DNA of 62,085 bases, counting the filler. It is 9 parts of 9 records of this genome, joined end to end, with 100 filler letters (N's around TTAATTAATTAA, not from the genome) between each part and the next. Parts side by side here need not be neighbours in the genome. Positions count along the whole stretch, not along the records: positions 32,346 to 40,582 come from SRR7504441_2689; positions 40,683 to 48,457 come from SRR7504441_2696; 7 more parts are not named here. One strand, given 5' to 3'. The notes under the pieces were generated by a model. It was not told the DNA's origin. It searched no databases and saw only the letters and a list, made by a program, of their open reading frames with translations. The translations under genes were made by a program, and so were the position numbers. Below, piece by piece: positions 32,946-46,026 of the stretch (the first letter of the stretch is position 1; every line of letters begins with the position of its first letter).

Positions 32946-33012
32946 AATCATTTCGAATCATTTCGAATGAGATTCATTTCGAATGAGATTCATTTCGAAT
33001 TAGATTCGAATT
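32946..33012. repeat. Short tandem array of (GAGAT)TCATTTCGAAT units
   Basis: Five TTCGAA palindromes in about 65 nt of intergenic DNA. Confidence 0.8.
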
Positions 33013-33120
33013 CACACAATTGTTATGAATCTGTGCAAATCTTCTGGCGGCCTCCAATGCATATGATGAAGTGAGTGACTTGTACTCAAACACCGCATTG
33101 CACGGTTCGAGATGACTCAA

Positions 33121-36100
33121 TCAATCGCCATCGCCATCACCACCGTCGCCGTCGCCGTCATCATCAGACGAATAATCGTGCATGCCATCGATGTCGATGG
33201 CAGCGTTGAATGAAGTTGTTTGATAAGCACTGATCATAGTGATTACGTCGTATTCCACCGGCTGCGGCTCTTCGTCGCCTCCCAAGAATCTCTCCTCAAA
33301 CCATTCGCAGAAAGCCGGGAGTTCCCAGGCATTTGTGTCGTTCAGCTCACCCGCAGAGGCAACAATTTCGTCGATCTCTTCGCCTGGCCAACGAACAGCA
33401 CTGAGCTCTAAACCTCCCTGGCAAAAGTTTTACCTGAGCTTTCGAGTTGCAACTTGAAGCACAGATTTGTTACAAGTTGCTGAAGCTCTTCGTCGCTGTT
33501 GATTGTGCCACTCTCGTCCAGATCGTACCGATCAAAATACGTTTCCAGCTCTGCGGAAATCTCCTCATCGGTGAGCGGTAGGTCAGGAATCGGCAGTGGA
33601 TATGGAGGAGGGCCGTCCTCAGGCGGTTGAACAAACTCGTATTCCTGCCAACCAATCCACAGTCAGGTGCGAAGCATGCCAAGCGGGTACCCCATATATA
33701 TCTCTGCATTTGAAAAGGGCCTCCTTTTCTGCACGTTGAGCTTCTTCGCGAGCATCTTTTGCAGCGGCTTCCTCTTTGCTGAGCGAGGAGCCAGAATGCT
33801 TCTTGTCAGTTTTTCTGAAGCAGTTCAACCATGATTTTGAGATGCAGTCCTGCCAATCGACAAACGTCAACAGCGTTGATTAGGTCGACGGCACCGGCAA
33901 GAGATGGTTGCAGATGAACGGTAATTGGTAGTGCGCCATCATAGCAGTGAACAGGATCAGCAAGATGCCATTCGTGCCAAGTAAGAAGCCTAAGTTGCGC
34001 CACAGTCAGCACGCAATTATACGTCAAGACTACTCACCAGTGGTAACACCGTCGCTCCATTCGTCGACTACGTCAATTCCAGAATTCAACACCAAAGCAC
34101 AGGCAAGCGTTACTTGGACCGCAATCAGCGACAGAGCCATCAACATGTTGTCGTCCTCATTCTTGAATGGCCACAACAGAAGAAACATGACCCTAAATGC
34201 ACACAATCAGGATATAATCCTGTACGACACTCACAGAAAGAACACATTGCAAACAGTTGCGACCAAAATCTGCGTGGGAGTGCCTCCCTTGTCGTTGGGT
34301 CGAATAAACATGATTAATGATCCCATCGTCATCTTCCGAATCAGCTCGCTGGTCTCGTACCACCTAGAAAGAAGCATCATTATCAGACTGCAGCCGGTGT
34401 TTACCAGTAATCAGGTTTGAATCTCCCGTATAGAAAGCCGTATTTGGCTATCACAGCTTCGTCCATGAGCTTGTCTCTTCGAACTTCTCTGTATACGGCG
34501 CCGAAGAAGAGAGCAGGGGTGCCGATAGGATAAAGCAAAAGTCCAACGATGCCGACAAAGAGATAGTCCATCCATGCGCCTTCATAGCAGTTCAGATCAT
34601 AGGAGGCGAACAGGAGATGTTCACTCGAATTCCAATCCACCCTGGCCATTGCCTAGTCAGCGGACCTGCCCAGACCTAATGGATCACCAGATTTCATGGC
34701 ATCGCCAGTAATTGAGGACATATTTGGTCGTGCTCGGAAACACAACGAAAAGTAGCATGAGCACGGCCGTAATCTGAGTCCCGCCATGGGTGCGAGCCTC
34801 CGGACTCGTATCTTCGGGATCAGGGATGGTCACGCGGTAATGGATGTACGCGACAATTGCCACAAGTACCGGCAGAAATACATTGAATGTGAGGATTTGG
34901 AAGAAAGTAAACCCACCCTCAGGGCCGATGCAAAGTCCTGCACAAGCACGGTTATACAAGATGAAAGAGCCATTGGACCTTTTAGCATTGCCAGAACGTC
35001 AAGGTTGACGAACTGAAGAGACCCCATCAGACTGTAGAAGGCCTGAGGCCATGCAATGCTCCCAAGGCTCATCATGGAGATAACAACTTGCAGATAACTG
35101 AGCAAGATTTTGAACTGCCACATCCAGCAGCTTGTCAGGAAGCATTTCAGCCAAGAATAGTCAGCATGCCTGAGCTGCGATTGTGGCTGCCCGTGCCAGC
35201 TTTTTCTTCTTAGCCATCATAATCTTGAGTGCTTTGGCGCCTGACAGCTCTGGATCGGCAAACCTACAACAGCGTTAGAGTCGATTGGAACACAGCAAGC
35301 GCACCATCGATCAGAGGCTATCTTGACGAGGACAAAAAGCCCAATGAGGCCAAGCAACAATAGTGCAATCACGTCTGCATTTATTGTGTTGATCCCGCAT
35401 TCGACGCCTGCACGTCACCCAGCTCAATACTGTCGATGATCTGGCCACGCACATTTCAGTCCAGCTTGCACCCAGCCGTATCGGCACACAGCACAGAGCG
35501 GCCCTTCGTAGCCATACTCGCAGTAAGTCTGCTGCACTCCTTCACCCTGGAGGCAGGCCCCGTTGAACGGACATCGGTAAATTTCGTCTCCTGGATATCC
35601 CCGCCAGTAGTTCTCCTTTGTTATGAGGTAGTTGCCTCCTCCATCGCAGAACACGCCGGCTGTGGGACAATTCTGGCATTCAGTTGCACCATCGCCACTG
35701 TTTCCATGCTCAACTGAGTAGGTGCCACTTTTGCACCAAACGCACTCAGCAATGGTGGTGTCCCAGGATCCCTCGCCGTTCCGCTCTTCCGCTTCCATGA
35801 TTCTCAGAGGATTCTCGTCATACACAACCCGCTCGCCCGAGGCACACGGCTGGGTGTAGGCTGGCTGCATTGCATTCTCAGAAAGAAGCTTGAGCACCCC
35901 TGGACTTAGATCCGGTCTGTACCACTGGTACTCAAGCACCCACTCGTAATTAGCATCTCGGATCCAATTGCTTGCTGGCTGTGCTACTTTCCCTCCGAAG
36001 ATGAGGGGTGCGATCTCGGCGATCCCTGGGCCCAGTGTCTTGTTGACTACACCAGAGAATTCCATCATTGTCCTGCCGATATTGTCCACTGAGGGCGTCA

Positions 36101-39100
36101 CCTTGGCCAGCAAACTGTTGCCGTTTGCCGCAGTCTTGACAATTTGGCCAAAGTAATCATAAGCTAGAAAGTAGGCATTGAACCGGATCCCTGGCCTGTA
36201 TACGATCCCATCGGGATCGACATCGGCTACACCGTTGAGACTCGGCTCAGTCATGGCATACATCTGCCTCCTGGACCGTGCAGCTGCTTCGGAAACAGTG
36301 CCCTGCGGCTGACCAACCAGGTCGTCGCCCTCAGGAACTTTGCCGCCCCATTGCCTCGAGTACATGGCTTTCATCTCGTGTGTATCAGTTGCTAGGTCAG
36401 GGCCATACTCAGCCTGGTTGTACCGGAATACACAGTCCTCACAGGAGGCTTCTTTCCGCTGAGCAGCCGTGAATTTTGTCGTATTGCAGTTGGGATAGAT
36501 CACTGAGGGTCTGTCTTCCCACCAGAAGACACAAGCTCCAGCCTGGGCCGTGTTTTCATAGCAGGTCAGTTTCCGAAGCTCAGTCCTTGCGCCGAGCTGC
36601 ACGCTCACACCTCCTCCATAGTCGGTGGCAGTGTTTTGCACGAACGTGGTATCAGACAGGTTTGCAAACCCACGCTTGGCTAAGACCTATAATACAGACC
36701 TCAATCAAACGCCTGGTCAGCTGCTCAGGGCCACCTGTATCGCAGCCCCATTCGTGGCCGTATTGTTGAAGAATGTCCCGCCCACCGCAGCCGTATTATC
36801 GGCATCACGTGCTGAAGGATATCCCACCGGAAAGTTGCAAGTAGCGTCTGTGCAGGTAGTGTCTGAGCTCTCCTCTGTAAGACGAGAACCGTCAAGAGGA
36901 GCCGTTCGAGCGCCAGATCGAGGTGAAATGCCTAGCTCGCTCATCTGAGGTGGTAGCACACCAAGGTACAGCTTTCCTCCTTTGATCAGGAACGCTCCAC
37001 CATCGCTCTCAGCCTTGTTGCTGGAGAAGCGTGAGTTGTAACTGGTGAATTGGTTGCCCTCAAGGAGATAAGCTACCCCTCCGAAGGCAGCACAGTTGTT
37101 CTCGTATGTAGATTGCTCGTCGTACACAACTGCCTTCCCTGACCAGTCCAGATAGTACACTCCGCCCATATACGTTGCAGTATTCCCCTTGAATGTGCAA
37201 TGTGAAACGATTATCAGTGGAGCAGGGCCGCTCATGGAGAAGACCCCACCGCCATTGTACGTGGTCCGATCATGGTTGTCAATGAATGTGCAGCGCACAA
37301 ACTCACCCCTTCCGCCGCGGGAAGCGACAACACCGCCACCTGCCATGGCAAAGATTACTCAGATGCACTGAGTCAAAGACAATCAAGATTTACCGTAAGG
37401 GCCCTGAGGGTCTGGCAGTTCGTTCCCCTGGAAGGTACAATCTTCAAAATATGTACTAGCACCTGCTAGCATGAATAGCACTGGGCCCTCAGGAGCCTGG
37501 TTGTTTATAAACTGAGATCGAAACACTTCCATCATTCCGTCTTCTACAGCGAGAGCACCACCAAAAGCCCCTGACGCCGCGGTCAGCTTCATGTCCCGGA
37601 AGATGCAGTCTTCAATCCGCACATACTTTGAACCTAATTGCATTGCTATTCCACCGCCTTTGGTAATTTCGACCGTTGTGGTGCTGTCCTGGAATGTAGT
37701 GTGCTTGAACAGTGCCCGGGCGCCCGCGTTCACGAGACCAACTGAGGCAGAAACCCCGAGCGTGGTGTTGTAAAAGGTGCTGCTGACCACTGTGGGCTCG
37801 TCCAAGGTCCCAAGGTCAGCAAAAGAAGGGGCTGTGTTCGGAGCGTTGGCATTCAGGTAGGCGCAAGAGGAATCTTGATAGTATTTGAAAGCTGGCGTGC
37901 CAGGCGGTAAACCTAACTGGTCGAGGTAAACCCCCGCACAGAACCCACACATGAGATGAAAGTAACCCAACTCGGGAGGGTTGGTCTGTTGCCCAATCAG
38001 CGGGGCGGGGAAGCCCTGCGGCATGCCGAAGCAGTAGCACGGGACGTCCACACGCCCATTTCCATAGTTCTGTGCGATGTAGGGCTTCGTCCTGCCGTTT
38101 GCATCTCCATGTTGGACACTTGGGCATAGCTTGCTCGGATCCGAGCAAGCCTGCCCAGTGGTTGTTCCACCTCCATGATAACAACCAAGCCCGGGCAGGT
38201 CAGCCACGCACTGGCCCTTTACGGGTGATTCGCTGTACTGGAAACCCCAGTGGGTCTGGGTGTTCTCATTGGCTTGAATGTAAAGGTTGGATCCATAATC
38301 AGCTTTTTGGCCATTAAAGTTGGAGTCTGCAATATAGAGCAGGCTGCCCTGATCCAACACAGCGCCACCTGCCGTCCCTGCGGTGTTCCCAATGAATTCT
38401 GAAGACTCGATTGTGGCAGTAGCGCCTTCGACATTGCCGAAACCGCATTGTTGGCCTGTTCCCAGGTAAATTGCCCCGCCAAAATTTGCGCCCTCGTTTT
38501 GCCGGAAGTGGCAGTTCACTATGGAAGCCTTTTTGTAGGGGTTCCAAGAGGCCGTGTTGCCTAGCAGGTCTCCAATCCTCAGCGCGCCTCCTTTATCCTT
38601 CTGATTTTTACAGAACTCGAAAGTGGTGTCTTCAAGGTGCAGCACTCCTGAACTTTCATAAAACATGCCGCCAGCGTCATGATCAGTTTCGCACTTGCTG
38701 ATCGTCACACCTGTCAGCGTGGCATCGAGCGATTGTGGGACCCCTATGGCCTTGGTGGAGGCGACGGCCATTATGGCGCCGCCCTGTACAGCACACCTGC
38801 ATTCGCTGAATGTCGTGTCCACCATAGTGAAGGTAAGAGACTTGTCCGCATCTGAGTCCGGGATCCAGACCTTCAGCGCGCCTCCGCCACCATGCTCCCC
38901 AGGCGCTCCTCCACCAGTGACCATAGCGGAGGAAGAGCCCAATGATTCACAATGATCAAACTTGCCACCCGAGATTGACAGACTCCCGATCGACCCGAAG
39001 AGCATGCAGCCGCCTCCCATATCTTTGACTTTATCTTCGCGTCCAGTTTCACACCCATCAAACACAACATCCGTGAGCGAGGCTTCACTCGGCTGAGTTG

Positions 39101-40349
39101 TTACCGTATCAGCTCCACTGCCACCCCTGTCGATCAACAAGGTGTCACCATATCGGACACCGACAGCCACCGCGCCTCCTCCCTTTGCAGCCCGGCACGC
39201 TGAAAAGTTTGTCTGTGAAATGGTCAGCTTGGCTCCACTGTCGACATACAGCGCGCCACCCACTGTCGCGTCAATGCGTGCAAACTCGGTGCCGGTGATG
39301 GCTACCTCGTAAGTGCCGGTCATAGATAACTCGCGTGTCCCTGGGTAGATTGATATTGCCCCGCCGTTCACTTCGGTGCCTGTGGAATGCGCGTTTGCGT
39401 TGATGTCCCGCATCTTGCAGTCGGAAATAACAGCCCGGCCCGGGCTCGTAGTTGGCTCATCGTTGCATTTATTGGTCACAGGGTTGCATGTCATGGGGCA
39501 CGTAGTGCCATAATCTGCGCACCACGTGGCCATGGTTACATCCTGTCCTGCTGCTGCCATGGCAAATTCTGCGCATTCTCCACAGTCTCTGTCCTGGCCG
39601 TCAGCGGCGCAGACCCCGGAGACTGGTCCATCGCTCTCGTAGCAGCCCAACTCTTTCGCCCAGCTTTCCAAGAATCCGGTCGGGTCGACGTGCAGGACGG
39701 CCCCTCTATCGCCCGCGATCATGTTGGAGTTCAGGTTTGTGATCTGTCAGCCCAGCTCAGTAGGGCCGGCCGGCCTGGGCACCGTGCACGAGTTGATCGT
39801 CACGAAGTCGGTAACGTCGGCGTACACAAGCGTCGAAGAGGCGCCCTCGTTGTCTACCGACAAGCCTGTCAGCGTGAGCTCTCCTGCCCCGGTGGAGAAA
39901 AAGAGGAAAGTGTCTGTTGCGTTGCTAGCATCGAATCGGACAGTGGGGCTCGTCGCAGCGTCTGCGGTCACTCGCAGCGTCTTGTTGCTGAAGTCGATCG
40001 CCTCGGTCTCCTCGCACACCTGACCGGGGGGGCTCGGCGCCAGCGTCACGTTGATCTCCGCGAGTTCCTTTGCCACGTCATACGCCGCCCCTATGCTCGC
40101 GCACGGTGCGTCCTCCGAGCATACGCCACCGGTCCCATCCACCGCCACGTAGCACTCGCCGTCAGTGGCGCAGCTCCCTGCTCGGCGGGCGGAGGTGGCG
40201 GGCGGAGGCGGGAACGACGTCGACGCCAGATACGACGCCCGGCGGGCGGAGGCGGTACCTTCCAGCCCCTGCTCGGCCGCCGGGGTGGCCAGCTTGCAAG
40301 CCATGGCCGCCAACCACAGCCCCACGACCACTGCTGAACGCCCTGCCAT
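33121..40349 (-). CDS. Giant receptor-like protein: signal peptide, PMP/pectin-lyase beta-helix GGA(I/L/V) repeats, Cys-rich CxxC stalk, ~7-TM domain and C-terminal EF-hand; multi-exon
   Basis: Many F..N.A..GGAI-type repeats, CVWCKSGTYS...CPFNGAC...GYEGPLCAVC, FKILLSYLQV, YDLNCY, YGFLYGRFKPDYW|WYETSELIRK, FDRYDLDESGTINSDEEL. Short introns link ORFs 39747-40349, 37383-39722, 36717-37346, 35424-36641 and downstream pieces. Confidence 0.85.
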
Positions 40350-40409
40350 CGCAGGATCTCTACGACATTTTCTATATATCTGCAGCTGGATTAAGTGCCA
40401 ACGTGCGGC

Positions 40410-40582
40410 ATGAGGGGCCTGGTGGCGGTGGGGACTCTAGTTGCGCTCCTGGCGGTGGGGACGACGGCCCAGGGAGGAGCCCAGGGGCTGGACGCAAGCG
40501 AGGGCGACCCGGTCCCTTGCGCGGACGACGTGGAGGCCGACGCCCTCGAAAGGAAGCTGACCCAAGCCAAAGCTCAGGTGGC
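40410..40582 (+). CDS. N-terminus of a secreted protein, truncated
   Basis: MRGLVAVGTLVALLAVGTTA signal peptide; runs into the spacer. Confidence 0.6.
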
Positions 40583-40682
40583 NNNNNNNNNNNNNNNNNN
40601 NNNNNNNNNNNNNNNNNNNNNNNNNNTTAATTAATTAANNNNNNNNNNNNNNNNNNNNNNNNNNNNNNNNNNNNNNNNNNNN

Positions 40683-41048
40683 GTACCCGCGAACGATTCA
40701 TTGAACGAGGAGTGCAGGGCGAGCACAGTGCTCGTGGCCTCCACGCAGTAATCGTTGATCGCCTCCGCGGTCAAGGCCATCGCCGACTGCCCTCGACGGC
40801 CACCTGCCGGAGTCCAAATCAGCCAAGCTGTGAGATTCGTCGGGTTTGTGGCTGCGAACTACGACTGCGAGCATGGGAAAGGCCCGAGCCAACTCTGCGC
40901 TGCCGTGCTTCCAGTCGGCCACAGCCCCAGAACGGGGCCAGGCGCAGCGGAAGCGTGGTGTGCCACACACGTAACAGATGCTCCCGCCACGGGACCTCGC
41001 TCTTGCTACGAATAGCAAGCCTCCGAGGAGGGCGCGAGAAGCGGGCAT
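40683..41048 (-). CDS. Possible N-terminus of a secreted hypothetical protein, truncated
   Basis: MPASRALLGGLLFVA plus a downstream frame that is open to the contig edge. Exon structure unresolved. Confidence 0.3.
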
Positions 41049-41503
41049 CCTGACTAATGTGTGGGAGCGGGGGGGGGTACGGGTGATCACCTGGCTGCTG
41101 GCCCCCAAGCACACGCCGGGATCGGGTCACCTGCGCCCGGCACAATTACGGGGGCGGGCCTGTATACAGAGGCGGGCTGGGCAAGTGGGCAAGGCCTCAG
41201 CGATCTTGGTGATTAACTGTCGTCACGCGAATAGATAGTTCGTCGAGAGTAGCAAATATAGTTTCACATCCCAGGCCGGGGGGGAGGGGGGCGCTGGCCG
41301 ATGTTGTTACCGCGTGTCGCCGCTTGTGGCCCAGGTACTCACCGAGGCTCAGCACCAGCTTGGGCTCGCAGTTGGCGACCCGCTCAAACCGCTCCACTTC
41401 CAGCTCGAACTTGCCCCCTTGCAGGTACTCCGGGCACGCTCGATGAAAGCTCGCTCGATGAGTATTCCGTTGGAGACCGTTATATAACGTCAGGAGATTT
41501 CAC

Positions 41504-43018
41504 ATGTCTGCAGCAGGCATGTCGGCGGGCTCCAGGAGCGCGTTTGGCACCGGACACGGCGCCGCTGGGCCCAAGAGCAGCACTGCATTCGAGCCCACGT
41601 TGAGCTGGGTGGGGTCCGGGTTCATGATCATGGGAATGATCATGGGGATCGGCCTGCTCGGCTTGCCGTACAACTTCAGCCAAGTGGGATGGATCCCGGG
41701 CCTGATCTCGCTCACCGTAGGCGCGCTCTCGGCAACGTACTCGGGGCTGCTCATCAAAGCCACATGGTTCAAAGCGATGGAGCTCGGCTTCGCGCTCGAC
41801 GACATCGACCAGGAAAGCGACGGCAACGAGACGCCCCGCGGGACCGACCTCGAGATGACCGGCTCAGCCAAGCACAGGAGAAGCACACGGAAGCACACCC
41901 GCTCGCTGCTGCGAGGGTCACTGCTCAGTGTGGTGCAAGAGGAGGAGTCGGAGAGGAGCTCGGGCAAGATCCGGCCGGCCTCGTTCGCAGACCTTGGCGC
42001 CTGTGCGTATGGCGAACGCGGCCGTCAGTTTGCAATCGTCTTCTCCCAATGCCTGGTGTTCCTGGCCCTGGCGGCGTTCCAGATGACTGCGGGCGAGTGC
42101 CTGCAGCAGGCGGTGCTGGATTCATCGCCTAGTTTGGAACCGCACCAATTCTGCCTGTGGATTGCCTCGCTGATAGCGGTCGGGATTGTGCTCCCGATCG
42201 CCCAAGTCAGGGTTCTCGGATCTCTCGGGTGGGTCACAATCGTGGGCGTCACGTCGGTGGCCGTGCCCATCATGATCGTGTTTATTCAAATCATTGAGAA
42301 CCCAGAGTACGACGGGGACGATAACCTCTTCACACTGGGACACGGCGAAAACAAGGGATGGAGCAGCCTGCTTGCCAATCTCATCGGAGGTGTTGCGTTC
42401 GCCTTCGCGGGGCAGGTACTCTTCCCTGAGTTCATGCATGAGATGAAGAAGCCCGAAGACTTTCACTTGGCAGTCTACTTTTCGTCCATTGTGATGTATG
42501 CATCCTACCTGCTCGTGGCGTGTATGGGTTACGCCTATCTTGGCAATTCAGTCTCATCTCCGATAACCACCGATCTTGTCCCAGCTGCCAAATCGGTGGT
42601 TGCTCAAATCGTGCTGCTCTTCCACGTGCTGGTCGCCTTCTCGCTGAATGCGCACGCGTTCAACTCATTTGTCTTCTCAAGAGTTTATCCGGATCGTATT
42701 GAGGACTTCAGCTGGGGGAGTACAATGAGATGGTTCGTGATTACGCTTTGCACTTGTACTGTTGCCTACATCATAGCGGAGAGTATTCCATCTTTTGGGA
42801 CATTTGTCGGCCTGATTGGGTGCACAATAGGGGTGGGAATCACTTATACGATGCCATCATTCTTCTACCTCAAGATATGCAAGCCTGAAGGGCGCGATTA
42901 CTACCTCGTTTGGGCTTTCAACATTCTAGGTATGGTTCTGTCGGTTGCTGGAACCGTCGGCAGTGCCGACCAGCTTTGGCGCGAATTTACCCAAAACAAA
43001 CCCTTCTCGTGTGGTTAG
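41504..43018 (+). CDS. Amino acid/auxin permease (AAAP, Aa_trans) family transporter
   Basis: MGIGLLGLPYNFSQVGWIPG, SFADLGACAYG, FAFAGQVLFPEFMHEMKKPEDF, IPSFGTFVGLIG. About 11 TM segments; no introns. Confidence 0.93.
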   Translation: MSAAGMSAGSRSAFGTGHGAAGPKSSTAFEPTLSWVGSGFMIMGMIMGIGLLGLPYNFSQVGWIPGLISLTVGALSATYSGLLIKATWFKAMELGFALDDIDQESDGNETPRGTDLEMTGSAKHRRSTRKHTRSLLRGSLLSVVQEEESERSSGKIRPASFADLGACAYGERGRQFAIVFSQCLVFLALAAFQMTAGECLQQAVLDSSPSLEPHQFCLWIASLIAVGIVLPIAQVRVLGSLGWVTIVGVTSVAVPIMIVFIQIIENPEYDGDDNLFTLGHGENKGWSSLLANLIGGVAFAFAGQVLFPEFMHEMKKPEDFHLAVYFSSIVMYASYLLVACMGYAYLGNSVSSPITTDLVPAAKSVVAQIVLLFHVLVAFSLNAHAFNSFVFSRVYPDRIEDFSWGSTMRWFVITLCTCTVAYIIAESIPSFGTFVGLIGCTIGVGITYTMPSFFYLKICKPEGRDYYLVWAFNILGMVLSVAGTVGSADQLWREFTQNKPFSCG

Positions 43019-43343
43019 TCGTGGTAGTGCTCCTGAAGAGTTATGTATGTACCCTACGACACCTACTGAAATGGGAGTGCGAGTGCTTTGCATGATTGTC
43101 AAGGTAATGATTGATTGTTGTCTTTGTGACGTAAAATCGAATAAATTTATGACAATCATGACTAAATCATGACATAATGATAATTATGAGTACTCGTACA
43201 TAATCATTGTAAACCCTAGTGAACCCCAGTGAGTCAGTACAGTGTCATGTACTGTACTTAATTAAGCGCTAGAATAAAAGTTCTGCGTATTAACTGAATC
43301 TCCGAAATTAGATCAGGCAGATTAACTGGGTCCAGAGTGTCAT

Positions 43344-45926
43344 TTAGTCGGCCGATCCGCCTGTCTGCCGCTTTAGCTTGCGTCGTCGGACCTCGTCCTC
43401 TATCAGGGCCTTGTGCGCTTGCTCGATCTGAGCCTGCACCGCAGCCAGCTCCTCCTGCAACTCACTGTTCTCGCGCTTGGCCACATCCAGCGTCTGCCCA
43501 GCCCGCTGAGCAGGCGCTATGATCAGCGCTGTGCCTGGTTGTGCAAGTTGAGTTCGCGCTTCTTGTCGAGCCGCTGCCTGTGCAGCGCAGCCTTGTCTTG
43601 CTTGAGTAACTCCAACGCACCAGCCCCTGCCCCCAGCCTCGGCCCCATTCTCGCCTCCCTGCACCCTTGGCGTCGCGCTCGCGGACCAACGAGTCGCACG
43701 TGAGCAGCTTCCGAGCCATCAACTCGAACTTGGCGCTCAGGGCCTCGACCACAGCACACACCTCCATCTGGGCAAGGTCACCAGTCTGCAGGTGTCTAGC
43801 GATACGGCGCTGCAGCTGGTCCATGAACGCCGTGTCGGCTTGCTCGAGCGCCTGTCACTAGCTGGCCACTATCAGCAGGCGCGCGTGCCTGGCCTAGTTG
43901 AGCCAGCCGCTCTTGAGTCCGGCCGATTGCTTTCTCCACCTGGGGGCCCGAGCTGAGCGGGCACACAGCACGCATGCACCATCTGCTCCTCCCACGAGAT
44001 CCCCTGCAGCCCAGTCACAGTGAACTGACCGCCGCTCCTCTGCGTGTGGAAATAGGCGTGCCTGCCCCGGCTTGCCGTGCCCAGCCGAGCCGGCCACATT
44101 AGCTGTTTCCAGAACTCACGCTCGCTGACCGCTGCACTCTGGATGATAATCTCGAACTTGGCCTCGAGCTTGTCGATCTGGTCCGAGAGCAGCTGCTTGA
44201 TCTGGGCTCGCTTGACTTGCTCCTGGTGGATCAGCTCGCCCCCGCCGCCCGGCTCCTGCTCCAGCGTTGCCTCCAGTTGCTTCCACTCGTCCACCACCTG
44301 CCTCGCTCTCAGCCCCACCACTCAGCACGCCAGCACCTGGTGAGAGTCGATCGCTGCCGTGCACTCAGCGATCGCCTCCGCCCAAGCCTTGGCGTCCGCC
44401 GCTGTCGGAGCAGTCAGCGTGACGTCGACAGGGTCTGCCAGCTCTGTCTGCGGCCGGGATAGCCGCACTGTGTCTGCGCCGTGTTCGACCGCGACCACCA
44501 ATCCAGAGAGCATCACGTGCTGTTCATACTGCACCCCCTTGCGGGTATGCGCGGCCAGGATCAGCACCAAATCGAACAAGTATCCGTACAACGGCAGCAC
44601 TGGCCCGCGCCGCCAGCTGCAATCGACCGGGCCCTCCCGCACGAATTCAATCCCAACCGCAGGCACCGCATCCGGCAGCTCCATCCACCGGAGCAGCCCG
44701 TCCGTTTGCTCGGCCTTCAACCGGTCCTTCTCGGCCGCCTCGACGTAGTCTGCCGCGAGCGTCACAGCCGCGAGCAGTTGGTCTGTCTGGTGCAGCCTGT
44801 GCGCCGGCTCACTCGGCTCGGTGGTGAGGGTCCACTGAAGGATAAACAACTGCATCTTAGCCAAGTGCTCCCCGGGCGCAGCCAGCAGGTCCTCCAGCCC
44901 GAGCAGCCCGGCGCAGCTCGGCCGGGCAGCCAGCTCGTTCGCCAGCACTGCCGGGTGGCTCGGCTTGACATCCAGCAAGCTCTCGAGGCCCCTCCAGCCC
45001 GCGCCGGCGTCGCCCGCCCCCCCGACCCGGCCGGTCTGGCCCACGAGCTTGGCCACTCCGTGCGTAACGGCATAACGCAGCTGCGGATCGGCGGCCAGGC
45101 TTGCGTTCAGCAGCGCGAGCACCCCACCCAGGCTGGAGGCCCACTCCTCGTGCAGCTGGAGCCCTGTCACCGCCCAGCCCTCGAGAGCCCCCGACAGCTC
45201 AGGATCAGGCCACCGGGCGGCGCTGGCCTCGAGCACGCGCTTGAGCAGCTCGAGGTGCAGTTCGAGCATCGGCTCGAATCTGCCGAAGAGCGTCTCAAAG
45301 TCTGCATCCGACATCGCCAGCGCGCCGGCCGACCTTGCCTGCCTCAGCGGGACGGTGTACGCCTGCACGGCCGCGTTGAGCCGGACCACCAGGCTCTTCT
45401 GCGCCCGGATGAACTTGCGGATCGCCCTGGCCCTCAGCTGGAGCCGGGGCTGTGTGAGGTACCGACGGGTGGACCCGCCGGCCGGGGCCTCGGACGCCCG
45501 CCATAGCTGATACTTGTGCTTGATCAGAGTCCCAGCCCACTCCTGCTCAGCGCTGAGCGGCAGGCAGGCCGGGTCGGCTGGCTGGGCTGGCCGCGGCCGG
45601 TCGAGTCGGGAGCGGACCCGGACCCGGGCGTGCTCGCCCCCAATGTGTGCTTGGAGCATCTGGAGCCGGTTGCGCATCGAGGCCGTCATGCTCTGGATCG
45701 ATGCCCGGGACTGGCCATCCAGCTGCAGGCTGCTGGCCAGCTTCCGGAACAGAGCCCCATACGGGTCCGGGCCGGCCCGGAGCTGCCGGCTTGGCCCAGC
45801 CCGGCGCACCTCGGCGTACGCATTGCTCGCCAGCTTGGTGTCGAAGGCGTGCTGGGGCAGCGCCGGGATCCGTTGGCCGAGCAGCTTCTCGGCCGGCGTG
45901 CGCTCCCGCATGCTGCTGCGCTGCAT
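43344..45926 (-). CDS. Divergent RhoGEF (DH-PH) protein with a C-terminal coiled coil, multi-exon
   Basis: RARAIRKFIRAQKSLVVRL...YTVPL...FETLFGRFEPMLELH, LEDLLAAPGEHLAK, PH-like FVREG...YGYLFDLVLILA...TAADAKAWAEAI. Downstream coiled-coil exons. Start and end are approximate. Confidence 0.7.
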
Positions 45927-46026
45927 CGCGTGGTCACTGGCTCACTGGTGGCTCGGGCCCCACAACTCGGGCTGAATCATCATTGAGTTCATCCTGGTGA
46001 ATCTTCCGTTATTTCTCAACGGCAAA

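Noticed and set aside
32946-33012. CRISPR-like array
   Set aside because: Units are 10-16 nt with no unique spacers, and there are no cas genes in this eukaryotic context.
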